Assembly (NCBI GenBank): GCA_964499705.1
Contig: CAZCME010000001.1
Coordinates: forward strand, 197,243-261,242
Direction of reading: 5' to 3'
Length of the DNA: 64,000 nt
From: an uncultured bacterium
GTDB lineage: Bacteria; UBA8481
The position numbers and the translations under genes are program-made. Under the pieces are notes generated by a model. It had not been told where the DNA came from. It saw nothing but the letters and a program-made list of their open reading frames with translations, and did no database searches. Positions 1-8,557 of the stretch are shown piece by piece. Position 1 is the first letter of the stretch, and each line of letters starts with the position of its first letter.

Positions 1-429
1 TCAGGATTCACGCTCATCGAGCTGCTTGTCGTCGTCGCAATCATTGGAATTCTGGCGGCCATCGCGCTGCCGAAGCTCTTCTCGGCCATCTGTACCTCAA
101 AAGTGGGACAGGTTGACGGAGTTATCGGATCCATCAACGGTTCTCTCTCCATGTATTTCGCGGACAACACCGGGAACTATCCGAGCACCGCAGCAGCCCA
201 AGATGTGTCGGTTTATATCGTTACCAAGTACATGAACAGCCCGCCGTCCACGCCTTGGAAGACTTCCTATCTTTATAAAGGAACGACATCGGACTATTCG
301 ATGTGCGTTGCCGTCGACAACGGCAAGGGTTGCGACGGAACCGCGACATCGGGCAACGACGGTTATCGCTACTACGGCAGCGCCGGTGGTACGGTCAGTT
401 CCGTGGATGCTTTTGCTTCTTGTCAGTAA
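1..429 (+). CDS. Type IV pilin-like protein, copy 1 (5' end cut by the window edge)
   Basis: Frame 1 from base 1 reads SG|FTLIELLVVVAIIGILAAIALP, a class III signal peptide with G|F cleavage and E5. It has four Cys and stops at TAA 427-429. The mature part differs from copy 2 at 16 of 140 residues. Confidence 0.9.
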   Translation, partial: SGFTLIELLVVVAIIGILAAIALPKLFSAICTSKVGQVDGVIGSINGSLSMYFADNTGNYPSTAAAQDVSVYIVTKYMNSPPSTPWKTSYLYKGTTSDYSMCVAVDNGKGCDGTATSGNDGYRYYGSAGGTVSSVDAFASCQ

Positions 430-451
430 CGCATATAAAATAGTAAGTGAC

Positions 452-490
452 AGCCGTCCGGTCAGGATTGACCGGACGGCTTTTTATTTT
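452..490 (+). terminator. Intrinsic terminator between the two pilin genes
   Basis: Perfect 13-bp stem AGCCGTCCGGTCA (452-464) / TGACCGGACGGCT (469-481), GGAT loop, followed by TTTTATTTT. Confidence 0.85.
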
Positions 491-509
491 AACTGAGGAG
501 AGCTGTAGC

Positions 510-968
510 ATGGTTGGAAAATCACAGAAAGTCGACCGGTCGGGCTTTACGCTGATTGAACTTCTCGTCGTCGTCGCGATCATTGGAATTCTGGCGGCCA
601 TCGCGCTGCCGAAGCTTTTCGCCGCCATCTGCACGTCCAAGGTCGGCCAAGTTGACGGTGTGATCGGCTCGATCAACGGATCCATGTCGATGTACTTCGC
701 TGACAACACCGGCAACTATCCGAGCACCTCGACGGCTATCGACATTTCGACTTACATTGTTACCAAGTACATGAATAGCGCTCCGTTAAGCCCGTGGAAA
801 GCGGGCTATTTGTACAAGGGCACGACATCCGGTTATTCTCTTTGCGTTGCTGTCGACGCCGGCGAGGGGTGCGATGGGACCGCTACATCCGGCAATGACG
901 GTTACCGTTATTACGGCAGCGCGGGCGGCACAGTCAGTTCCGTCGACGCCTTCGCGTCCTGCCAATAA
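510..968 (+). CDS. Type IV pilin-like protein, copy 2 (152 aa)
   Basis: GAGGAG RBS at 495-500 and ATG at 510. Short basic leader MVGKSQKVDRSG|FTLIELLVVVAIIGILAAIALP. Four Cys, the last near the C-terminus (ASCQ). Confidence 0.92.
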   Translation: MVGKSQKVDRSGFTLIELLVVVAIIGILAAIALPKLFAAICTSKVGQVDGVIGSINGSMSMYFADNTGNYPSTSTAIDISTYIVTKYMNSAPLSPWKAGYLYKGTTSGYSLCVAVDAGEGCDGTATSGNDGYRYYGSAGGTVSSVDAFASCQ

Positions 969-984
969 AATAAGACTCGTATCC

Positions 985-1017
985 AACCGCCTTGGTTTGC
1001 GCCAGGGCGGTTTTTTA
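985..1017 (+). terminator. Intrinsic terminator after pilin copy 2
   Basis: AACCGCCTTGG-tttgcg-CCAGGGCGGTT (11-bp stem, one G-U pair) running into TTTTTTA. It abuts the stop codon of the convergent YfhO-like gene. Confidence 0.8.
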
Positions 1018-3204
1018 TGTCCGAGTTGCCTGATGCGATTTGCCGAGCTTTCCGTATATCAGCGACGAGACGGCGAGAAGTATGCTCGCGAAGGTCCCCC
1101 AAAGTCCCGCCATGAACGACAGCGGTCTGTAGTGGAATCTCAATCGGTGTGTGCCGGCAGCGCCGACATGATACATTTGAAGAGGAATATCCGTCGGAGC
1201 CAGCTCGTGATTGTCCCCGTCCGTCTCGACGAACCAACCCGGAGCCCAGGATTCACACCGGAGCAGCCAGCCCGGCTGATCGATCCTGATGTCGAGTTCC
1301 AGATCGCCATTGAGATAATGCGCGGCGCGCTGGAACACCGGTTCTCCCGGCTCCAGGAAACGATCGTAATCGGGGATGGTCGAGCCAGGATAGAACCGGA
1401 TGTCAGGAAGAAGGCGGGGATTTCGCCAGGATCTCAATCGTCCGGAAGATTGAACGGGGATCCATCCGTCGGATTCCGCTTTCTGGAAGAGAGGGGTATC
1501 GCAGACCAGGTATTTCACACCCAGCGCGCCCAGGAATTGGACTCCTTTCGGCGTTTCCTCGATGTGAGCGCGCCACCACTGCGCCAGTGATGCTCGGCGA
1601 AATGAGCTGTAGCTTTCGGCATGGCGAATCATGCTGGGCATGCCCGATGCGACGATCATGGCTTCCTTGTCCTGCTGAGTCGGCGGTCTCGACCTGTCCG
1701 TGTACAAGTAAGCGACGGTCGTGATGATGCGAGGCCATGGATCGGATATGCCAGCGCGCAGTGCCGGAGCGGAAAGTGAGCTGTTCGGCACGAAAAAGAC
1801 GGTTCGTTGCGCGGCGAGTCCCAGATCGAGTGCCAGGCACGCGCCGATGCAGAGGGAAAGCATCTTTCTCGCCTTTCCATTTTCCCCGGCTAAAAGGAAT
1901 ATCGCCATGGTCAGAAAGATCCACAGTCCATGACGAGCTCCGCGTGCAATGGATGCACTCAGCTCCTGCCTGAATAGGGCGGTGAGTCGGGCATCGCCGC
2001 CGTCGGATAAGAGTGCGATTCCGCAAATCACCGCGATGAAGGCGAACGCCCATCCGATGGCCCATAATTTTCGGGATCGAGTGAGATCAGGAACAGAATC
2101 CATGGCCTCCGCCACGAGGACGGCCGAACACGGGGGCAGGAAGAACAGGAATTTGACAGGGTAGCGGAAGGCGCGGAGCGCCGGGAGTTGATCCAAAAGC
2201 TGAACGTAACCGGGGAGATGTTTACCCAGGGAAAGGACTATGCCGGCGAGCATGCATGTCAGGAAGAGCCTATTGCGCTTCGTCTTCGGAGAAACCAGCG
2301 TCAAGATCAGCACGGATGCGCCGAGATATGTGCTGAAGAAGAGGGGGTGGGAGGCCTCGAACAATCCGCGAGGACCGGGACCTCCTTCATCCCCGATGAA
2401 TGTGACCGGAAAGATGATACCCAGGAGTTGCAGGGGAGAGATGGAGAAGTTGAGAACCTCATGGGATGACAGGCCGATTCTCCTTTCGGAAAGCAGGAAC
2501 AGTTCACCGGTAGGCAGAAGTTGGACCAGGGAGAAACCGATGAAAAGGAGGATGCCCAGGATGGCTTCCCTCAATCCGCGCCGCGCCTGCCATGTTTCCA
2601 CGATCCAAAGAAGGATCGAGAACGCGATGGGCTCTATGACACCGTCGAAAAACATGAGCGAGAACAAGGCGCCGGCGGAAATGGAACGGCCGAGCGAAGT
2701 ACCGCGGACATGCGGGATGGTCAGCGCCAGGGGGACATACATCCAGCCATGAGCCCAGCCCATGGACGTCCAGGATCCCAATGTCATTCCGGAAAAGAGG
2801 TAAGCTCCACCGGCAGCATATGCCGAAATGGACGAGTGACCTGTTGTTCGGAGATACCGGTGCATCGCGACGCCGGCCAGCACGTACCTCAACCACAGCG
2901 TCAGGGTGCCCACGATAAAGGGATGAACATCCAGGCTGAAGAGAAAGATGAGGGGATCGAGAACGCCGGAATTGGGATCCGCGAGGAGCGGCATTCCGAA
3001 ACCGGTCCCTGAATCCCAGAGCGGTAAAGCGCCGGCGCGCCAGATCTGACCGGCGAGCCACCGATGCGGATAGGACGATTTCAGGAGGTCACGATGCAGG
3101 AGCAGGTCGCCCTTCAGAACCGGCCAGAAAATGACAAGGGATAAGAGCGTGTACAACCCCAGCGGTATAAACTTTTTGCAGAGATGAATAAGGCGGCTCA
3201 TCAC
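1015..3204 (-). CDS. YfhO-family multi-pass membrane protein (putative GT-C glycosyltransferase), paralog A
   Basis: 729 aa with many TM segments. Motifs LPLWDSGTGFGMPLLADP, RAFRYPVKF, and a YfhO-type C-terminus (ESWAPGW...HRLRFHYRP). Confidence 0.75.
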   Translation of the reverse strand: MMSRLIHLCKKFIPLGLYTLLSLVIFWPVLKGDLLLHRDLLKSSYPHRWLAGQIWRAGALPLWDSGTGFGMPLLADPNSGVLDPLIFLFSLDVHPFIVGTLTLWLRYVLAGVAMHRYLRTTGHSSISAYAAGGAYLFSGMTLGSWTSMGWAHGWMYVPLALTIPHVRGTSLGRSISAGALFSLMFFDGVIEPIAFSILLWIVETWQARRGLREAILGILLFIGFSLVQLLPTGELFLLSERRIGLSSHEVLNFSISPLQLLGIIFPVTFIGDEGGPGPRGLFEASHPLFFSTYLGASVLILTLVSPKTKRNRLFLTCMLAGIVLSLGKHLPGYVQLLDQLPALRAFRYPVKFLFFLPPCSAVLVAEAMDSVPDLTRSRKLWAIGWAFAFIAVICGIALLSDGGDARLTALFRQELSASIARGARHGLWIFLTMAIFLLAGENGKARKMLSLCIGACLALDLGLAAQRTVFFVPNSSLSAPALRAGISDPWPRIITTVAYLYTDRSRPPTQQDKEAMIVASGMPSMIRHAESYSSFRRASLAQWWRAHIEETPKGVQFLGALGVKYLVCDTPLFQKAESDGWIPVQSSGRLRSWRNPRLLPDIRFYPGSTIPDYDRFLEPGEPVFQRAAHYLNGDLELDIRIDQPGWLLRCESWAPGWFVETDGDNHELAPTDIPLQMYHVGAAGTHRLRFHYRPLSFMAGLWGTFASILLAVSSLIYGKLGKSHQATRT

Positions 3205-3214
3205 GCTTCGTCGA

Positions 3215-5425
3215 TCACCGGTATGACGATCTCTTCTTTTCGAGTGCGAATGCGATCACGGAAAGGATTGCGCATGCCAGGGAGCTCCACAACCCGAATG
3301 TGAAGGACAGGGGCGCGTAGTGAAATCGGAGCCGGTGGTCGCCGGCTTTGTCCAGCCGATGAAGCTGCAGGGGGATCCTCATCAATGGCAGCTCCTTCAC
3401 CGCGCCATCCTCGGATACCACCCATCCCGGCGCCCAGGCCTCCGTTCGTACCAGCCATCCGGGCGAATCGACGCGCATCTCAAGGTCCAGGTCCCCATTT
3501 AGATAATGATCCGCTTTCACCCTGACGGGATCACCCGGCTCCAGGAATCGTTCGTAGGAAGGAGGTTCCACTCCGGAGTAGAACCTGATTTCAGGCAGGA
3601 TGCGGGGATTTCGCCAGGATCTCAATCGACCGGAGGACTGAACGGGGATCCATCCATCGGATTCCGCTTTCCGGAATATCGGAGTATCGCACATGAGATA
3701 TTTCACGCCCATCGCTCCGAGAAACGCCAGTCCCTTCGGAGTCTGCTCGATGTGGGAATTCCACCATCGGGTGAATGTTCCGCGGCGAAAGGAACTGTAG
3801 CCCTCGGCGTGACGCACCATGTGAGGCATGCCGGTCGCCACCAGCATGGCCTCCTTGTCCTGCGGAGTGGTCGGTGTTGATCGATCGGAGTGAAAATAGG
3901 ACAGGGCGCTGATGATGCGCGGCCAGGATTCTGGAAGTCCCGATCGCAACACGGGGGTTTCCGCCATCTCCGGAGGAAAGAAGAAGATCGTGCGTCGAGC
4001 GGCGGTGCCCAGATCCAGCAGAAGACATGCTGCCAGGAGGACAGGCCAAATACGTCGCCGAGGCGAGAATTCGCAGGCGAGGACCAGGAGAGCCGCGGCG
4101 AGGAACATCCGGAATCCATTCTGAGCGCCGACCGCGATGGCGGATTTCAACGTCTCTTTGTACTGCATCACGGCGGGATCTCCTCGGTAAGAGAGCATTC
4201 CGAACAAGCACAGGACCATGATGCCTGTGAACGCGCTTCCGATCGCCGCGAGCTTTCTTGCGCGCGTTAATGCCGGTAGCGTCTCCAGCGCTCCCGCGAC
4301 CAGCACGGCCGAACAAGGAGGAAGGAAGAAGAGGAATTTTACCGGATAGCGCAGCGCGCGTAACAGGGGGATGATCTCCAGTGTTGAGGTGTAGCCAGGC
4401 AGGTACTTCCCCATCGACAGAGCCGTGCAGAGGAAGATCAGGGCGAGAAAGAGGGCGTTCCGCTTTCGGATCGGCGAGAGAAACACGACCATCAGGACGG
4501 ACGCACCCACATACGTGCTGAAGAAGAGCGGCTGCAGAAAAGAACCGTACATGCCCGCGGGCGCGGCTCCACCATGATCTCCCGTGAAGGAAACAGGGAG
4601 CACGACACCGAGGAGCTCCAGGGGGGAGATGGAGAAACTGAGAACCTCGGCGGCGACGAGCCCGCCGCTTCTTTCCGAAAGCAGAAACATCTCCGCCAGG
4701 GGCAGGATCTGGATGAGCGCCAGGCCGATGAAGGATAAAATGCCGATTGCGCACTCGGTGATGCCGCGCCCGGCCTGCCGAAGCTCCACTGACCAGAGAA
4801 GCAGGGAGAACGCTACGGGTTCGATCACGCCGTCGAAGAGCATCAGCGCGAAGAGGGAGCCGGCGGCGAGCCCGCGTCCCAGGACCGTCCCACGCACATG
4901 AGGCAGGGTCATCGCCAGGGGCACGTACATCCAGCAGTGCGCCCATCCCACCGAAGTCCACGAACCCATGGTCATTCCGGACAGGAGGTAGACTCCGCCC
5001 CCCGCATACGAAGCCATCTGGGAATGGCCTGTCGTTCGAAGAAACCGGTGCATCGCGACGCCCGCTAGAATGTAGCGCAGCCAGAGCATCAACGTGCCTG
5101 TGACATAGGGGTGGATTGGGAGACAGAAGAGGACGATGAGCGGATCGAGGACACCCGCGTTGGGATCGGCCAGGAGGGGTGTGCCGAAACCGACGCTGGA
5201 ATTCCAGAGCGGCATGACGCCGACCCGCCAGAGCTGACCGGCCAGCCATCGATGCGGATTGGACGATCGGATCAGATCGCGATGCAGAAGAAGGTCGCCT
5301 TTCAGGATCGGCCAGAAGACGACGAGCGAAAGAATGGTATAGGCCGCAAGCGGAACCAGGCAGCGGCGTATCAGACTTTCGCCCTGCCGCGAGATGTTGG
5401 CATCCATCGACGGCCGTTCGCTCAC
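3215..5425 (-). CDS. YfhO-family multi-pass membrane protein (putative GT-C glycosyltransferase), paralog B
   Basis: 736 aa, collinear with paralog A (MPLWNSSVGFGTPLLADPN, RALRYPVKF, EAWAPGW...RFHYAP). Its GTG start overlaps the stop of the upstream permease (GTGA, 5422-5425). Confidence 0.75.
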   Translation of the reverse strand: MSERPSMDANISRQGESLIRRCLVPLAAYTILSLVVFWPILKGDLLLHRDLIRSSNPHRWLAGQLWRVGVMPLWNSSVGFGTPLLADPNAGVLDPLIVLFCLPIHPYVTGTLMLWLRYILAGVAMHRFLRTTGHSQMASYAGGGVYLLSGMTMGSWTSVGWAHCWMYVPLAMTLPHVRGTVLGRGLAAGSLFALMLFDGVIEPVAFSLLLWSVELRQAGRGITECAIGILSFIGLALIQILPLAEMFLLSERSGGLVAAEVLSFSISPLELLGVVLPVSFTGDHGGAAPAGMYGSFLQPLFFSTYVGASVLMVVFLSPIRKRNALFLALIFLCTALSMGKYLPGYTSTLEIIPLLRALRYPVKFLFFLPPCSAVLVAGALETLPALTRARKLAAIGSAFTGIMVLCLFGMLSYRGDPAVMQYKETLKSAIAVGAQNGFRMFLAAALLVLACEFSPRRRIWPVLLAACLLLDLGTAARRTIFFFPPEMAETPVLRSGLPESWPRIISALSYFHSDRSTPTTPQDKEAMLVATGMPHMVRHAEGYSSFRRGTFTRWWNSHIEQTPKGLAFLGAMGVKYLMCDTPIFRKAESDGWIPVQSSGRLRSWRNPRILPEIRFYSGVEPPSYERFLEPGDPVRVKADHYLNGDLDLEMRVDSPGWLVRTEAWAPGWVVSEDGAVKELPLMRIPLQLHRLDKAGDHRLRFHYAPLSFTFGLWSSLACAILSVIAFALEKKRSSYR

Positions 5426-6249
5426 TCCTTCACTCCACCACGCGTCAATCCCTGGACGATCCGCTTCTGGAAGAAAAACGTGAGCGCCACGACGGGCAGG
5501 ATCGCCACGATCGAGGCGGCCATGATTCCATTCCAGGGGATTTCGCCGTGAAGGCCTTCGAAGGATGCCAGGACGACCGGCACCGTGCGCGCCCGATAAT
5601 CCGTCGTGAGCATGAGGGCGAAGAGGAATTCATTGGAACACGATATGAAGGCCAGAAGCCCCGCCGAGACGAGGCCGGGCGTGGCGAGCGGAAGAATCAC
5701 GTGCCGCAGGGTCTGGAATCGCGAGCAACCGTCAATCTGGGCGGCTTCGTCCAATTCCTTCGGGATCCGCGCGAATTGGCTTGTCAGAATCCAGAGGGAG
5801 AGAGGTAGCGCCCAGGCGACGTAGGGAAGAACCAGTGCGAGCCGCGTGTTGAGGATGCCGAGCGCGGTCATCATGCGAAAGAGAAATCCGACGAGACTGA
5901 TCTGGGGAAAGCTCGAGGCGGCGAGCACGAGGTAAAGCAGCGCCTGCTTGCCGGGGAACGGCAGGCGCGATGTGGCGTAGGCGGCGCTCGATGAAATCGC
6001 CACGGCCGCGGCCGCCGCCGTGGCTGCGATGAGGAAACTATTCGCGAGGCTGGTGCCGAAATGGAGCGATTCCGCCGTGAAGACATCGGTGTAATGCGAG
6101 AGCGTGAACTGAAAATCGCGCCGCTGAAGGAAGTCCGGCGTGTCGGCGAGGCTGGTCACGAGCATCAGGACGAGCGGCAGAATGGAAAAGAGGAGGACGA
6201 AGAGGGCGCCCGCCGCGCGCAGGAGAACGGCCGATTTCCTCTCGCTCAT
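5422..6249 (-). CDS. Carbohydrate ABC transporter permease (MalG-like)
   Basis: 275 aa, about six TM segments, EAA loop (ELDEAAQIDGCSRFQTLRHVILP), C-terminal FFQKRIVQGLTRGGVKE. Confidence 0.92.
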   Translation of the reverse strand: MSERKSAVLLRAAGALFVLLFSILPLVLMLVTSLADTPDFLQRRDFQFTLSHYTDVFTAESLHFGTSLANSFLIAATAAAAAVAISSSAAYATSRLPFPGKQALLYLVLAASSFPQISLVGFLFRMMTALGILNTRLALVLPYVAWALPLSLWILTSQFARIPKELDEAAQIDGCSRFQTLRHVILPLATPGLVSAGLLAFISCSNEFLFALMLTTDYRARTVPVVLASFEGLHGEIPWNGIMAASIVAILPVVALTFFFQKRIVQGLTRGGVKE

Positions 6250-7115
6250 CGCGCCGAATCTTCCGGAGAATTCCTGCGCGCCATGGCCAGCGCCAGGAAG
6301 AAGGCGATCAGAAAGAGAACGACCGAGACCGCCGATCCGCGACCGAAATCCGTCGCCGTGAAGAGATGATAGGAATGGATCGAGAGTGCATTGGTGGCGC
6401 CTCCCGGACCTCCGCCCGTCACGATGTAGATGAGATCGAAGATGCGGAGCGCATCGATCGAGCGGAACAGAACGGCGACCAGGATTGTCGGGCCGAGGAT
6501 CGGCAGCGTCACATGAAAGAATCTCTGGAACAGATTCGCCTGATCGATCCGGGCTTGCTCATAGAGATCCTCCGAGATGGACTGCAGGCCGGCGAGGAGG
6601 ATGATGGCGACGAAGGAGGAAGTCTTCCAGATTTCCGCGACCGCCAGCGCGCCGAAGGCGCTGCCGCTCGATCCGAGCCAGTTGACGGGAGAATCGACCA
6701 TGCCCGTTCCCAGAAGGAACGCGTTGGCGATACCGAACTGGTAGTTGAAGGCGAGCTGCCAGATGCGCGCCGACACGACCGTGGGGATGGCCCAGGGAAT
6801 CAGCATGCAGACGCGCAGCAATCCTCGCATCGGGATCCGCTCGTTCAGCGCAAGCGCCATGATCGTTCCGATGACAAGCTCCATCGGCACGGTCGCCACC
6901 GAGAAGAGCAGCGTGAATTGAAGCGATTCGAGGAAAACGGAATCAGAGACGAGCTCGATATAGTTGCCGATGAAAACGAATTGCTCCGGCATGAAGGACA
7001 CATCCCGCTTCATGCTGGTGAAGATCGTTCCCGCCACGGGCAGGAGTATGAAGAAGAGGGTCAAGCCGATGAGCGGCGCGAGAAAGAGGAGGGCGGTCCG
7101 CGTCGCGGCATTCAT
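6246..7115 (-). CDS. Carbohydrate ABC transporter permease (MalF-like)
   Basis: 289 aa with EAA loop DLYEQARIDQANLFQRF, LLIPWAIP and TGGGPGGAT motifs. Confidence 0.92.
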   Translation of the reverse strand: MNAATRTALLFLAPLIGLTLFFILLPVAGTIFTSMKRDVSFMPEQFVFIGNYIELVSDSVFLESLQFTLLFSVATVPMELVIGTIMALALNERIPMRGLLRVCMLIPWAIPTVVSARIWQLAFNYQFGIANAFLLGTGMVDSPVNWLGSSGSAFGALAVAEIWKTSSFVAIILLAGLQSISEDLYEQARIDQANLFQRFFHVTLPILGPTILVAVLFRSIDALRIFDLIYIVTGGGPGGATNALSIHSYHLFTATDFGRGSAVSVVLFLIAFFLALAMARRNSPEDSAR

Positions 7116-7163
7116 TCAACTTCCTTCATGCGTTTCGCATCCATCGATTCCCAACGACCGACT

Positions 7164-8474
7164 CTACTGATACATGTCGACCGCTTTCTGCGCCTCCGCT
7201 TCGGCCTGCTTCAATCCCGCCATCGGATCCATTTTCCCCGCCAGCACCGCGTTGATCGGTTTCTGGATCGCATCGGAGATCTGCGTGTAATAGGGGAGAT
7301 TAGGCCGGGGGACGGCATGCTCGAAAACGGCTTTCAAGGCGGCGAAATGCGGATATTTCGCGAGAACTTCCGTGTCCGCGTAGACGTCCGTTCGACCCGG
7401 ATTCCAGCCCAGGTCCATGACCAGTCGCTTCTGAGTTTCGAAGGAGGTGAGGAACGCGACGAATTTTCTCGCTTGCGCTTTGGAGTTCGAGAACTTCGAG
7501 ACGCCGACATGCCACCCTCCCAGGGTCGAAACGCTGGGGCCGGATGGAGCATGCGGCAGGGAAGCAATTCCCGTTTTGTCGCGGACAGGCGATTCGGGGC
7601 TTTCGTGCAGCGCATAAGCGTAGGGCCAGTTTCGCTCGAACAGCGCGTCGCCTCCCTGGAATACGGACCGGACTTCCTCCTCCTTCATCTCCGTGTAGGT
7701 ATTCGGCGGCGAGATGGCTTCGCCCTCCAGGAACCCCCGCATCATGGTGAGCGCCGCCGCGTTCTGAGGCGTGGCGAGCGATACGCGCCCATTCTCCAGC
7801 AGAAGTCCGCCGTTATGCGAACCGGCGAATTCGAGGAAGTTGCATATCAGCCCCTCATACTGCGCGCCCTGCCATACGAATCCGAAAAACTTCGGATTGC
7901 GGACCCGCTCCTTCGCCTGGATCATTTTCGCGATTCTGATCATGTCCTCCCAGGTCGCGGGCGGCTCCTTGATGCCGTTCGCCTCCAGGAGATCCCTGCG
8001 GTAATACAGCATGCCCGCATCGACGTAGACGGGAAGCGCGATCAGCTTGCCGTCGAAGCGGTCGGCAAGGTCCACGACTTTCGCGAAGAAGGCTTCGGTT
8101 TTCACGCCGCCATCGGCATCGAGCGTATCGAGCCATCCGGAGGCGGCAAACTGGGAAATCCAGGCCACATCCATCAGGAACACGTCAGGGTCCGATTCTC
8201 CCGCCTTCAAGGGAATGATGAGGCCCTGCCGTCGTTGATCGGTGCCTGTCGGCTGACGGATGAGATTCACGTGTGTGCTTGTCTGTTGCTCGAATTCGAC
8301 GGCGATCTTCTCCCACACCTGCAGCTCGTTCGGAGTGCCTCCGACAGCCAGGGATATTTCATCCGGGGTCGTCGCCTTGGCGGCCCGGTCCTGCGGCGCG
8401 GATCCACCGCCGCACGCCACGAGGGTCGCGGAAATCGAAACGAATAAAAGTGCTCGGGTCAAAGTGGTTTTCAT
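7164..8474 (-). CDS. Sugar ABC transporter substrate-binding lipoprotein (trehalose/maltose-binding type)
   Basis: Lipobox LVAC|G. Motifs DVFLMDVAWISQFA, WQGAQYEGLICNF, FERNWPYAY and TLGGW match trehalose/maltose-binding proteins. Substrate is inferred. Confidence 0.88.
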   Translation of the reverse strand: MKTTLTRALLFVSISATLVACGGGSAPQDRAAKATTPDEISLAVGGTPNELQVWEKIAVEFEQQTSTHVNLIRQPTGTDQRRQGLIIPLKAGESDPDVFLMDVAWISQFAASGWLDTLDADGGVKTEAFFAKVVDLADRFDGKLIALPVYVDAGMLYYRRDLLEANGIKEPPATWEDMIRIAKMIQAKERVRNPKFFGFVWQGAQYEGLICNFLEFAGSHNGGLLLENGRVSLATPQNAAALTMMRGFLEGEAISPPNTYTEMKEEEVRSVFQGGDALFERNWPYAYALHESPESPVRDKTGIASLPHAPSGPSVSTLGGWHVGVSKFSNSKAQARKFVAFLTSFETQKRLVMDLGWNPGRTDVYADTEVLAKYPHFAALKAVFEHAVPRPNLPYYTQISDAIQKPINAVLAGKMDPMAGLKQAEAEAQKAVDMYQ

Positions 8475-8557
8475 GACGCGATCCTATCCCGTTTTGTTCC
8501 GCTCAAGAACGGGAAAACTTCCGTTCGTATCGCTTTTCGACAACCTCAAAGAGTGGC

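Noticed and set aside
447-509. Track start at 447 for pilin copy 2
   Set aside because: It runs through the terminator. The RBS and typical short leader support ATG 510.
5422-8474. ABC transporter lacks an ATPase gene
   Set aside because: Carbohydrate ABC systems often share a distant MsmX/MalK-type ATPase, so this is not unusual.
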